In this document: positions 28,699 to 41,780 of the stretch, one piece after another | Layout: each line of letters opens with the position of its first letter | Numbering within the stretch: position 1 is the stretch's first letter | Assembly (NCBI RefSeq): GCF_018350175.1 | Contig: NC_058368.1 | Span: forward strand, 178,934,001 to 178,998,000 | Reading direction: 5' to 3' | DNA length: 64,000 nt | DNA from: Felis catus | Lineage: Eukaryota | Notes under the pieces: model-generated | What the model was told of the DNA's origin: nothing | Database searches by the model: none | What the model saw: only the letters and a program-made list of their open reading frames with translations | Translations under genes and position numbers: made by a program

Positions 28699-30096
28699 CC
28701 ACCATCTTTTTTATCCATCACCAGTCGATGGACATTTGGGCTCTTTCCATAATTTGGCTATTATTGATAACGTTGCTATAAACATTGGGGTGCATAAGCA
28801 TTTTTTTCTCCTTTGGATAAATGCCTAGTAGTGCAATTTCTGGGTTGTAGGGTAGCTCTATTTTTAATTTTTTGAGGAATCTCCATATTGTTTTCCAGAG
28901 TGGCAGCATCAATTTGCATTCCCACCAACAGTGCAAAAGGGTACCCCTTTCTCCACATCATCACCAACATCTATTGTTGCCTGAGTTGTTAATTTCAGCC
29001 ATTCTTACAGGTGTGAGGTGGTATCTCATTGTGGTTTCGATTTATATTTCCTTGATGATGAGCGATGATGAGCAGCTTTTCATGTGTCTGTTAGCCATCT
29101 GGATGTCTTCTTTGGAAAAGTGTCTGCTCATGTCTTCTGCCCATTTCTTGCCTGGATTGTTTGTTTGTTTGTTTTGAGGGGGTGTTGAGTTTGCTAAGTT
29201 CTTTATAGATTGTGGATACTAATCTTTTATCCTATGTGTCATTTCAACTATCTTCTTTTATTCCATTTGTTTCCTTTTAGTTTTGTTGATTGTTTCCTTC
29301 ACTGTGCAGAAGCTTTTTATCTTGAAGATGTCCCAATAGTTCATTTTCACTTTTATTTCCCTTTATGTCTAGTAAGAAGTTGCTGTGGCTAAGGTCAAAG
29401 AGGTTGTTGCCTGTTTTCTCCTGTAGGATTTTGATAGTTTCCTATCTCACATTTAGGTCGTTCACCCATTTTGAATTTATTTTTGTGTATGGTGTAAAAA
29501 AGTGGTCCAGTTTCATCCTTCTGCATGTTGCTGGCCTGTTTTCCCAATACCATTTGCTGAAAAGACTATCTTTTTAAAAAAATGTTTATTTATTTTGAGA
29601 GAGAGAACAGGGGAGGGGCAGAGAGAGAGAGGGAGAGAGAATCCCAAGTAGGCTCCATGCTCTCATCGCAGAGCCTGATGTGGGGCTTGAACGCACAAAC
29701 CATGAGATCATGACCTGAGCTAAAATCAAGAGTCAGATGCTTAACCAACTGAGCCACCTAGGCACCCCAAGACTGTCTTTTTTCCATTGGATATTCTTTC
29801 CTGCTTTGTTGAAAATTAGTTGGCCATACATTTGTGGGTTCACTGTGTACGTGCACATACACAGGGATTGAGCCCAGTGAGATAAGCAGCACAGCCAAGT
29901 GGAGAACAGAGCTGTTCTGCACCCACCATGCATTCTGGGCACATCTCTCAGAAGACCAGCACAAATCCCTTCTACTTGCTTAGTCTACTGACAATAGTGT
30001 GCTGCATAGTTTCAGTTCTAGGGGAAACTGGATCTAACTTCATTTGAGTTTCATTCTGTTTGCTTGTTTGTTTTGCTTCTGTTTTTGCTTATTTTT
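28105..30096 (-). mobile_element. Younger carnivore L1 nested in old L1, with probable 5' inversion (29843-30096 in + orientation)
   Basis: Carnivore L1 3' end 'aagttagttaacatatagtgta...ttcaggagtagaatttagtga'; ORF2 C-terminus ([20 protein letters not shown]). TSD ttcatcttttc (28094-28104) / ttcatgttttc (30097-30107), after which the host L1 resumes. Confidence 0.85.
29576..29768 (-). mobile_element. Can-SINE nested in the younger L1
   Basis: TSD aagactatcttttt (29562-29575) / aagactgtcttttt (29769-29782). Confidence 0.9.
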
Positions 30097-30919
30097 TTCA
30101 TGTTTTCAAAGAATCAGTTTAGTTTCACTGATCTTTTCTACTGTCTTTTCAGAATCTATCTCATTTATTTCTGCACTGATCTTTGTTATTTCCTTCCTTA
30201 TGCTAACTTTGGGCTCCAGTCGTTCTTCTTTTTCTTGTTCTTGGAGGTATAAAGTCAAGTTATTTATCTGAGATCTTTATTTTTTCTTAACATCTGTTTT
30301 ATTGCTATAAACTTCCCTCTTAGAACAGTTTTGTCACATCCCATAAGTTTTGGTATGCTGTGTTTCCATTTTCATTTGTCTCAAGAAAGCTTCTGATTTC
30401 TCTTTTGACCCATTGGTTTTAGAAATATGTTACTTAATCTCTATGTACTTGTGAATTTTCCAGTTTTCTTCTTGAGCTTGATTTCTACCTTTACACCATT
30501 GTGATTAGGAAAAAAATGCTTGATATAATTTTCATCTTAAATTTATCGAGATTTGTTTGTGGTCTACATGTGATTTACCCTGGAGAGTGTTTCATGTGCT
30601 CTTGAGAAGAAGGTGTATTCTGCTGTAATTGGATGGAATGTTTCTGTATGTCTGTTAGGTCCATCTGATCTAATGTGTACTTTAAGGCCAACCACCTTGC
30701 AGTAAGTTACTACAAGTAAGTTACTTGTCTCTATGAGTAGATAAAAGCATAATTTATGACCTATACATTCTGAGGAATTTCATTCTCTTAGCAGGTGGGA
30801 ATTCATTTGTGCTCCTTTCTGTTAATCATTCCAAACTTGGCCTATCTCATAACTTGGGGATCATATTCAGCAGACAAAATATCCTCATTTGAAAGTTAAT
30901 TTTAAAACACAGAATGGAG

Positions 30920-31174
30920 ATGGGAATGCAAGCTGTTGCAGCCACTCTGGAAAACAGTATGGAGGTTCCTCAAAACAAAAAAAAAAAAAAACTAAAAATA
31001 GAACTACCCTACGACCCAGCAATTGTACTACTAGGCATTTATCCACGGGATACAGGTGTGCTGTTTCAAAGGGACATATGCACCGCCATGTTTATAGCAG
31101 CACTATCAACAATAGCCAAAGTATGGAAAGAGCCCAAATGTCCATCGATGGATGAATGGATAAAGAAGATGTGG

Positions 31175-31263
<89 letters not shown>

Positions 31264-31637
31264 TGGAGTATTACTTGGCAATCCAAAAGAATGAAATCTT
31301 GCCATTTGCAACTATGTAGATGGAACTGGAAGGTATTATGCTAAATGAAATTAGTCAGAGAAAGACAAAAATCATATGACTTCACTCATATGAGGACTTT
31401 AAGAGACAAAACAGATAAACATAAGGGAAGGGAAACAAAAATAATATAAAAACAGGGAGGGGGACAAAACAGAAGAGACTCATAAATATGGAGAACAAAC
31501 TGAGGGTTACTGTGGGAGGGCGGATGGGCTAAATGGGTAAGGGGCACTAAGGAATCTACCCCTTAAATCATTGTTGCACTATGTGCTAACTAATTTGGAT
31601 GTAAATTTAAAAAAATAAAAAATAAAATTAAAAAACC
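30920..31637 (+). mobile_element. 5'-truncated feline-type L1 (ORF2 C-terminus, 3' UTR, A tail)
   Basis: LKIELPYDPAIVLLGIYP...MFIAALSTIAKVWKEPKCPSMDEWIKKMWY; TSD cacagaatggag (30908-30919 / 31638-31649). Confidence 0.93.
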
Positions 31638-32161
31638 CACAGAATGGAGGAAGCATATTCTTAGAGCATGTATGATTATGCCTAAATGTACATGAGGAGT
31701 CAGAATTATATTTGCAAATAGCACAAGAATGTGCTTATGTACTTTATTGATTTTCCACAGTTAAAAATCCCTTAATAAATCTAGTTGCTACCAATGGACC
31801 AGCTATAAAAATAAAGCCTGCTTTAAATTAAAGGTGAAGCTATTAACATTTGTCCTACAGCCTATAAGACTCTAATGAGTTCCTTTCCGGCATTAGTGAA
31901 CTTGAAGCTTAACTGAAATGGGGCTGCAAAACCCATTGGGGTTTCTGTTGTTCTGTTGTTTATTAAATGTTTTTCTTGGGACTGGCTTGATCTAAATTGT
32001 TTCATAGGTGCTTAGATAAAGATAGAGCAAGTGAGGATGTAAACATACCACTTCAACAGATATTGGGAATATTTTATAAAATACAAACGCTTCAGCAAAA
32101 AGTGTCCGTTCAAGAGATGTTTAGTTATGATGATAGAGCACTATGAAGCACTGGGGCTCTG

Positions 32162-32379
32162 CAGTGGGACTTCTCAACTGAGACTCTATTGACATTTTGG
32201 GCTGGAAAATTATTCATTGCAGGAAGCTGTTCTGTATATTGCAGGATGTTTAGAATATTCCTCGCCTCTAGCTATTATATGCCAGGAGCGACCTCCTCCT
32301 AGTTGTGACACCAAAGTTGTGGACAGACTTCCTAAAATGTCTCCTGGGGGTCAAAATTGCCCCTGGATGGGAACCACTG
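32162..32379. mobile_element. MER20 hAT MITE
   Basis: ctattgacattttgggctggaaaattatt...ttgcaggatgtttag...ctcctgggggtcaaaattgcccctggatgggaaccactg. Confidence 0.85.
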
Positions 32380-33524
32380 CTCTAGACAAAGTCAGACTTG
32401 CTTCAGTTGTCCCTCTGCCATTTCCAGCTGTGTGACCTTGAACAAGAATTTGACTTCTCTAAGCCTTAACCTTATTTCCTCGTATGTAAAATAGGGATAT
32501 TGCACTTCCATTTGTACTTGGTGGTTTGTGAGGATTAAATTAGATAATGCATGTAAAGCATTTACCATAACTTCTGGCAAATACTCTTTACTAACTGGTA
32601 GTTACCATTGTCATTAACTACTTTGACTTTCTAAAATGTTCCAAGCAAACAAGCCAGAGACTCTAGCTCCTTCTCTGCATGAGCCCAATTACCAGGTACT
32701 TGGTCCAAACAGAGAGTAAATGGAAAAGCAGAAGTTGCCAAAAGAATCTTCCCAAGGGCTCCTTCTGGAAATGCTTTGCCATTGCCTCTGGATGAAAGCA
32801 GGCTCTTCTCCTAACATAGGGCTTTTTGATATGACCTGGACAACTTGATTTATCTTCAGTAGCCCAAAGAATGAATGGAAACCAAATGAAAAGCCAAGTT
32901 GCCGGTCAATAAGCAAAAAACCCCATTTCATTAGGGAATAAAACTCCTCAGTGGCCATCAGATGTGAACCCCAGATGCATTTCTAGCCACATTTTTTGCT
33001 TCCTTTCGATTGTCATGTCTAAAATCTCACATTTACATTTGTACATCTTTCCAGCTATAGGATCATGATAGATCCATAGCTCCAGGAGGGAAGTGACTCT
33101 GCTCTGCTCACTGCTGCATTCCCAGTGACACAGACAGTGCCTAGCTCAGAGAAGGAGTCAATAAATATTTACTGAATTATAGCACTTCCCTCTAAACAGC
33201 ATTTGTGTTTTCAGCACCCTGATCATTGATTGCTCTTTTGCACATTTCCAGTAGAAGGTTGCTGGCTGGCAGTCTTTCTTCCTCAGAACCTACCTAAATC
33301 CCCTGTAGTCTTCACAGAGCTTAAATTTAGGATTGCCCCTAATTCTTTTTGACAGGAAAGCAAGGAGACAAGGAATGGTTTGCCCCTGGCAAAGTGATTT
33401 GGTTAAAAACAAACAAACAAAAATAAAACAAAGCAAAACAAAAACAATGGGCTTTGGTGACTGACTGATCCCAGTTCTGACACTTGCTAGGTGTGTGGCC
33501 TTCAACAAATTAAATGATTGCTTT

Positions 33525-33749
33525 TTTTTTTTTTAATTTTTTTTTTCAACATTTATTTATTTTTGGGACAGAGAGAGACAGAGCATGAACGGGGGAGGGG
33601 CAGAGAGAGAGGGAGACACAAAATCGGAAACAGGCTCCAGGCTCTGAGCCATCAGCCCAGAGCCCGACGCGGGGCTCGAACTCACGGACCGCGAGATCAT
33701 GACCTGGCTGAAGTCGGACGCTTAACCGACTGCGCCACCCAGGCGCCCC
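33525..33749 (-). mobile_element. Very young feline Can-SINE (SINEC_Fc type) inserted in a MIR
   Basis: Intact GGGGCGCCTGGGTGGCGCAGTCGGTTAAGCGTCCG head on the - strand; perfect TSD taaatgattgcttt (33511-33524 / 33750-33763). Confidence 0.95.
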
Positions 33750-35045
33750 TAAATGATTGCTTTAAAACGCGGTTTCCTCCTCTCTTGGAAATAGGGATAA
33801 CAGTAATATCCCAAAGGTTGCGGTGATAATTAAGACAAATGATCATTTGGTAGCTAATATTTACTGAATACTGACCACAAGTATTCACGGTCTGTGTAAT
33901 CCTTTGAATATCATATGAGAGTTAGCACTATTATCCTATTTTACATATGAGGAAACCGAGGCTCTCTTAGCAAGCTTCAAAGCCTGTATTTGGTCTCAGA
34001 ATTTTCTGATAATCCAGGGCTCTTTGCACAATGCCTGCCTGGTGTGTATTAGACACTTCATGTTTATTGAATGAATTTAAAAAATGGTCATATTTGGAAC
34101 CACTTAGTCTTAGTGTGAGAAAAATTTCTTCATATTCATTTGCAATTAGGACCCCATCTACTTCCAGTAGGCCAATACCTGTTGAAATATTAAACGTAGC
34201 ATAAGAGAGAATGTTTTTGGGTAAAATGGAGCAGAGGTTTTTTTCAAGGGAACAGACATTTTAGATACAGTCAGGTTCAAGAGAGTTGACCTTAGGAAAT
34301 CAATTTGACTCCACAAATGAATATGTAGACATACTCTTTTCAGTAAAAATTACCTGGCTGCTATAGTTACCCCAAAATATTCTCACTTGTTTTCAAGTCT
34401 CAAGAGGGCAGAGGAGCTGAACTGTAGCAGTGGTGAGCACAGCCCATGTGAATGATGTGAAAGTCCTGGGTGTAGTTTTGCAGGCCATTTTGCTGGTCAC
34501 CCCCTGGGGACTCTCTACCACAGCATATGACACAGTGCATTTGTCCAAGCCCTGCTCAGACCTCCCTATTTCAGTATGATTCTGGGCCTGATGAGTGAGT
34601 TGTGCTACCTTCGAAGGAGTGGTGGCATTTCATTACTCTGTGACCTGCCACAGACAGTCAGCTCCCAACATGCTTTGGCCTGGGAAGCCTGAAGCTATTT
34701 ATACTCAGAACCCAGTTTTAAATTATTCTTGCAGAAAAAAGAACCCAGAGGTTGTAAAGGGGCAGCTTTCAGATGTTTTTAGTTTGGCCCCCAAATTATT
34801 TAAAAATTTTAAATCAGTTACCAACAATTAAAGGTTGGTATTTTTAACACCAAATCTTTCACAAAATCATTGGTTCTAATAATAATGGACCTGGATATCA
34901 TTTGACAATGAGGGTTGCAGGTGAGCAGTAACTGTCCCCTTGATGGCATATCTCTCCCTGCCAACTTTTTCCCCAGCTTGCTTCACTCACCTAAGTTGCT
35001 CTGAAAGCAAGTGGGTTTGCAACGCTCACTAAACACACTGTAGAA

Positions 35046-35046
<1 letters not shown>

Positions 35047-35090
<44 letters not shown>
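35047..35090. repeat. (AAT)n microsatellite
   Basis: Direct reading. Confidence 0.95.
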
Positions 35091-35091
<1 letters not shown>

Positions 35092-37559
35092 GTATTTCAC
35101 TTTACTGAATACTCTCCAGTGCCTCATATCGTTCTGGCCACAGCCCAGTGAGAGGGTTATGACTAGTATCTCCATTCTGTAAATGAGTAGCAGAGGTTCA
35201 CTCAGAAAGTTTCAATAGCTTGCTCATGGTCACACAGCTGGAAAGTGGAAGAGCATGGATTCAAACGTAGGCCTCCCTGGTTCCAGAAGCCAGTTCCTTC
35301 CCTATAACTGAACTGCTTTGTTTGGGGAGCAGTCACAAAGGTGCCCCTAGTCCTCTATGCAGACACTCCCACGTGGAGATGGATCTTTGTTAGGAGTGAT
35401 TGGGGGTTAATTAACCCAAAATTATCTCCATAAAGTGTTGCTGAAGGGTAATTCCAATGTGGCTAATATACTTAAGGCTTGATGAGCTGTGGCTACCCAT
35501 GGTGTCTGTATCAGACTGCCACTGCCTGGTCAAATGATTGGGAGTCTTCGTAATTGACTGAGGAGCCCTCACGAGGGAAAGGCCTCCATGTGAGTGAGAA
35601 AGGATGAGCTGAGGGGGCTCCTGAAGTTGCCAGTCCTTCCCTCCCCACCACCCCTACAGGGTCTACTCCTACCCATTGAGATCCTTTCCCCCAATGCCTG
35701 TTACAGAGAAGCTGCCTAGAAATGAGACCTAGAAGTGTATTTGAATGCATTGGTAGAAATCCCACACACAGGTAGCTGATATAGAGGGAATAAGTAGCTC
35801 TCCAGAAAATAAACACATCTCAGCTACTTGGCAAGCTCAATGTAAAAAGCAGGAGGGACAACTTCCATTAAGCCTCAGAAGGAAAGCCCTCCTCAGAGCC
35901 AAACAAAACCACTTCCTGGGGCCCAGATCACCAGGCCTCCTGCCAAAGACTCCATCAGCACATCACTTTAACCCAAGAAACATACAAAGGATCCACTGCT
36001 CCAGAAAATGTGTTACCTTCCTCTCCCCTCAAACCCTGGGAAGCTTTTTACTGCTCTCAGAGTGGAACCCAAAGTCCCTGACCTATTTGATATAGCACCC
36101 GTCGACCTTTTTCGAGACTTACCTCTGTTCTCATGCCTGCTCTTCTACCCTCTGGTAGAAGCACCTTCTACCCTCTGGTGCCTCCGAGAACCTGCTCCCT
36201 ACTAGTCCCATACTCAGAGGTCTCTGTGTCTAGTGTTTCCCAAAGTGCTTTCTCTCCCCCATTGCCCCATTGGCTTCCACTCCCAAACCCTTCACCTAGT
36301 TAAGTCCTACTCATCTTACATGCTCACACTAAATGGCCCTTCCTTTGAAGAGATTCCCTTACTATATAGCCTTTCACACTCAAACTACCACAAAAATGTG
36401 TCAGGGATTCATGCCACTCCTGTGGACTCCTACAGCATATGACTTCCTCGTGGTGGGTGGTTATCACATTGCACTTAAATTAAACCTTTTCTCTTATGAC
36501 TCTTTAGTACCTTGTGAACTCTAGAGGAACATCTCAGCTCATAGCTGTATCCCCAGTACCCATCCCAGTTCCTGCAGATCAAGGGTGTTTGGGAAGGATT
36601 TAAAGAAGAAATATATATGTGAACAGAAACAGCCCTTTATGGAAGGTTCTCCACTCTATAAAACACCCAGCACCACATTGCAAATCTTAGTTCCCAAATG
36701 GGCACTACAGAACCTCAGGAGCATGCAGCCTATAGAGCCGCTAAGACTTGATATTTCCTTCTTTTCTTAGCTCAGATCAAGGCCTTCTCTGCTATGGGCC
36801 TTCCATTCTATCTCACTTAAACACAGAAGCTAGGAGCATGAGCTCTGATACAAATATCTGGTTCAAAGACCTGTTATACTATTTACTGCTATGGGAGATT
36901 AGCAAAGTCATTCAACTTCTCTGTGCCTCAACTTCCTAAAATGGGACTCAACTGCATAGCTGTGAGGATTAAATGAAATCACATTTACAATGTTTCAAAC
37001 AGGGCCTGCTCCATAGTAAGTGCTCAGTGATATTGATTAATATCATGCCTCTTCTCTTCTATGAGACTTCTTAGAAATTTATTAGCTCCTTTGTGGGGGA
37101 GCTAACACATGCCTGGACTAATCTATTATTTCTCTCCTGAACTTTTCTTGGTCTTTTTAGTATTTCTAGCATTTCTCTCCAGCGTAGAAAGCTGGAGAAC
37201 CAAACAGTTCACTTGATTGGGCATCTGGGTGGTCTTTCTCTTCCAAAGGGTGGTGCTTTAGGTGGGATGGGGCACACGGTTTATGTTCCAGACATGAGAG
37301 TAGGAGAAGACATCACTACCTCCAGAGACATATGCTCCCACAAGTTGACCACCACATAGAAGAAGGAAGTGTGTTCCTTACCAAAAGATATAAGCAAACT
37401 TGGTAGTCACATCACAGCCCATGGCTGAGAGGATCCAGAAAACCTCTTCAAGTCGCCCTGGAAAACCCCAGTTGAAGCCATAAGTTTAACAGACTCAAAA
37501 TGTTGTTTTCCAACTCAGGTCAACTCCAATCAAATTAATTTCCTCACTCTATATCATTT

Positions 37560-38250
37560 CCCACTCACCACCATCAATAACTAATCTATTACCAAATTTA
37601 ACTGAAATAAGTTTTTAAATTTATCTAATTCACACCATCTTCATTATTACTACCTAGTCCAACTGCTTCCATTTCTCACTCGGGTGACTTTAATAGTCAC
37701 TTTGCTGTCACCTTGCTTACACTTTTGTCTCTGTCCAACCCATTTTTCTCAGGACAACCACACAAGTCATTTAAAAACACAAATGTGCTCATGTCCCCCC
37801 ACCTCCACCCCACATGTCTCCCTTTCTCTCCCTCTACCCCAAACACACACAACTTAAAACTCTTAACGTCATCTTCTCCTTTTCAGAATCAATCGAAAGA
37901 CTTAACATGGCCTTCAGGACCAACATTATTGCTCCTGTCTGTTTCTTTAGGGCCACCTTTGGCCTGCTCCCTAGGCTCCAGCCCTAGTGGCCTTATTTAG
38001 TTGTTACAGAGGCCAAGCACCTCTTGCCTCAAGGCTGGTATGAATGGTACTCTTTTGCCTGAAACACTGTTTCCATGCCCATCTCTTGATAATCCCTAGG
38101 TAACGTCAATCATCCCTCCTGAACTTAAATGTCACTTCTTCAGAAAGTACTTCTCTTACGCCTGCTGGAAATCCAGTCTCCCTATTATTCTCTTATAGGA
38201 CCTCATCTTTTTTTCTCAAAACACTTAGCATGGTTTATAATTACATATTC
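37560..38250 (+). mobile_element. L2 fragment
   Basis: ctacctagtccaactgcttccatttctcact...gaacttaaatgtcacttcttcagaaag...cacttagca; approximate limits. Confidence 0.55.
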
Positions 38251-39108
38251 AAAATCAACTTATTTTATCATTCTAATTATTAAAGGCATGTATAACTGCT
38301 AATCAAAGCTTCTAATTAGTAACAGTGGACCAAGAAGACAACATTTTTGAGATAAATACAGCCCAAACATAGAAACCTGACATTTAAGTTTACCTCATAA
38401 ATGTATACTTTACCTAAGCCTTGAAATGTTAAAAGTAGCTCCAGAAGATGTATTTGGCCTGCAGAATCCTTCCTGCCCTGCCTCCTGCCAGCCAGTCCTC
38501 TCCTGATATTTGCTACTTATCCTTGCCCTGCCACAATGACCAAGTTCAGATGGAAGGAACATTCATTTTCCTGTCTAGATTAGGCACATCATCAAGTATG
38601 CTGCTTCCTCTTCTTCACGTACTTGAATTCCTATTCATCCTTAAAGGCATGGCTCAGGTGTCCCCTCCACTGGGAAGCATCTCTCCACTACAGCAACAGG
38701 TTAGGCACCCTGAAGGTGGCTTTTCACAGTACCTTGACCTTGTTTAGAGCTTGCCTCTTACCATACTGTCTGTAACGTGCCCATTTCATCCTTTAGACTT
38801 GAGAACTTAATGGTACTCCTGATGCCCAGCATGATGCTTGGCTCACAGGGCACATAGTGGGTGTTTGGTAGAAGTATACTGGAAGAGAGAAAGGAGAGAA
38901 GGAAGGGAGGGAGGGAGGAATAGAAGGAGACTGTGATTTCTAGGGCTGAAAAAAAATGGACATTTTGTGAGAATCCCATGAACATAGCTGAGAGAGATGA
39001 CATAAATTGAAAATCAATACCAATTAGTATATGATGAAGGAAGGGATGCCTGATAGCATTAATTGGTGCTGTAAGAGTCCAAATTTTTTTTTTCTAAGAA
39101 ACCTGATA

Positions 39109-39198
39109 TGGTCTCCCTCTGTCTCTGCCTCTCCCCCGTTCATGCTCTGCCTCTCTCTGTCTCAAAAATAAATAAACGTTAAAAAAAAAATAAAAAAA
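39109..39198 (+). mobile_element. 5'-truncated Can-SINE (3' CT-rich part and tail only)
   Basis: gtctccctctgtctctgcctctcccccgttcatgctctgcc...aataaacgtt(A)n with perfect TSD aagaaacctgata (39096-39108 / 39199-39211). Confidence 0.9.
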
Positions 39199-40183
39199 AA
39201 GAAACCTGATACAAAAAAAGTATGGAATAAAAACTTAGAGTTAAAAAAAAGCACAATATGAACATTAGGGAGACCCATTTGTTAAGCAGTCTTCATGCGT
39301 CAACAGGGAGTGGAAAGGAACATCGTGAGCCTCAGCTCTGACAGCAATAACTTCCTCAAACAAAATGGGATATGCAGACAGGTCCATTCCAGGACACTAA
39401 TATCAACCAAAAGCAATCTAAGCCAAGGGCCTTCCCATACTTGCTCCAATCTTGAGTCTCCAAGTGGCTCTTCACAGACCAGGACAAAAATTCATATGCT
39501 TCATTACAGATCTTTTGGTCCTGCTGTCCTCAGTTCCACTTGGGGAGAGAAAGGCTGAAATGCCAAAGCTCATTACTGACACACACAGAGACTACAATCA
39601 TTGATTTTGGTACCGACTTGACATAATATTTCTAGGTAGGGGGTGGGCAGGATCTCCCTCCATGGTTCCATTACAGCTGCCTCTTCAGGGAGAAAGCTGG
39701 GAGTACTGACCCTATTTACAGAGAGTGAAATAGGAGGCTCAAGGCAGGGTGCCAGGTACTCTCAGGATCCAAAGTCCTTGCTCTACCTAATGAGCCATAC
39801 TCTGTGGGCATCCTTGAGGAAAGGGGAGGCCATCGTTCAGTTTGATTTAGTTAAGATCAACAGTCACTTTGTCATCATCATTCTGAATGATGACACTGAG
39901 CTCTTACTATGCACCTGGCCCTATGTCTCATTATCTCTTTTAATCCACATATCAGCCATTTGAGATAGGTCCCATTTACTTGCCATTTTGCATTTTACAT
40001 ATTAGAAAGCCAAGGCTCAGAGAGTATACACCATTCATCTCAACCAGATTTAACCCCAGATCTGTCTCTATAGGCTGAGTTCTTAACCACTGGGTGGTAC
40101 TACTGAAACCACCATTCTACCACCTTTTATTTCTTCCCATTAGCCTCTGTGGTTGCTTAAATACTTGCTGCTTCATATAATTA

Positions 40184-40395
40184 CAGGGATTGGCAAACAT
40201 CTTGCCCACAACCTGTCTATGTAAATAAGGTTTATTGGAATACCACCATGCAAATTTACTTATGTATTATTATCTATGGGTGCTTTCATGCTACAGTGGC
40301 AGAGTTGAATAGTTGTAACAGAGACCACATGGCATTGAAAGCTGCAAATATTTACTATCATCTGGCCCTTGATAGAAATAGTTTGCCAACCCCTG
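40184..40395. mobile_element. MER58A hAT MITE
   Basis: TIRs cagggattggcaaac / gtttgccaacccctg; 'gtaaataaggtttattggaa', 'aaatatttactatc'. Confidence 0.88.
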
Positions 40396-41552
40396 ATATG
40401 ATGAAGCAACCACTATGCTAAAAGCTTAACTTTTATTTTCTCATTTAACTTATACTACAATTGTGTTTGTATGTATATGGCTGTGTGCAGAGAGGGTACT
40501 CAAATCAATCCTATTTTACAAATAAAGAAACTGAGTTGCAAAGAGCTCAGAAACTAGTAAATGATAGAGCCATAATTCAAACCCAGACTTTCAGGCTCTA
40601 GAACCCATGCTCCTCACCATACACTACAGATTGTCTACTATGGGGCAAGCTCGCCATAGGAAGTCCTCAAATGATGCTGAGCAAAATATGGCACTGCCCA
40701 AAGGAGTCTTGCTGAGAAAGGAGAGGACAGAATCCCAGGTGATGAGTGCCCAGATGGAGGAGAGCTGGGGTGGAGCTGCGGGAGCCTGAGAGATGCACAT
40801 TTGCTCATGCTGATTGCAAATGGGACACATAGAGGAGGTTGGCGGCCGGTAATGTAGTTATTTCTGACAAGGAGAATGTCTCCCCCAATCTACTGACAAC
40901 TACTTGGACAAATGATTTCCTAATGGTCTTTATCTTAAATAATAATTTTAAAAGATGAGTTGGTAGCCAGGCTACCCCTTGACGTCTAAGTGAGTAGCTC
41001 TATAGGGAATGGTTTTTGTTAGTTGTTAATCCATGTTCAAGGGAGATAAGCTCATCTCTCTCTCTCTCTCTTTTTTTTCTTTGAAAGTCTGTTCCTATCT
41101 TACATAAACTTGGAGAATATGAAAGTGGCTGGGATTCAGGAGTCATCTCTCTACTCCCTGACGGTTCAGTGAGCCTTCTCACATGGCCCTGAAGGTGGCC
41201 ATCTAGACAACATTTGCATGGAGAGGGACCTCATGGGCCACTTCACTGCACTGTTGGATTACTTGAGTTTGGTGACTTTATGACTTTAGCTGAAACTCAG
41301 TTTGCATTCTTGAGGTATCCCACCAAGGAGTTCTGGTTCTATTTACAGAAACATCACAGAACAGTGCTACTCCCCACTTGGCAAAGTCTTCAAAGGGAAC
41401 ATCATGTTTCCCCCAACCATTTCTCTTTTTTGGATTAAAGAGCTCACATCCCTTCAACCATTTTTACTGTGATGCCATTCAAATCTCATCAGAATTCCCT
41501 TTTCTCTTGGAGTTTAGGCCTGAAATTTTAGATTTGCAAAAATTTCATATGC

Positions 41553-41780
41553 TCCTGCATAAGAGGAGGCTGCTTCTCTCCAGGCCAGGTGGCGGTGGGG
41601 CAGGGGGTGAGAAGACTTGGCTGAGTGCACATGGCTAAGAGTGAGGAGCTCCTGAACCTTCAAGAAAGGGGTACATGCACCCAACTCAGTGCCTTTCTCC
41701 ATTTTATACCCTGGAGGATGAGAAAGGGGCTGGGCTGAGTGTAGCCTGGGCTGCTGCCAAAAGGTGATGCCTGGCTCTCT
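41553..41780 (+). repeat. Local dispersed duplication, copy 1
   Basis: About 95% identical to 43118-43328 by hand alignment. Confidence 0.95.

Larger units (their letters stand above)
24503..30692 (-). mobile_element. Old 5'-truncated L1 (L1MA9-like 3' end, decayed ORF2) hosting later insertions
   Basis: 3' end 'tcccattgagttaattaacatatccaccacctca'. Minus-strand ORF2 remnants such as [31 protein letters not shown]. Interrupted by elements at 25364, 27765 and 28105. Confidence 0.9.

Noticed and set aside
30701..30728. Perfect hairpin acaagtaa-g-ttacttgt with tandem agtaagttact near the old L1 5' end
   Set aside because: Only an 8-bp stem in MIR-like sequence; compatible with chance or slippage.
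30914..31294. 126-aa ORF with L1 ORF2 C-terminal similarity
   Set aside because: Fragment of a 5'-truncated L1, broken by poly-A and CA expansions; not a gene.
32070..32112. aaaatacaaacgcttcagcaaaaagtgtcc, faintly like antisense U6 3' end
   Set aside because: Match too short and divergent; no tail or TSD.
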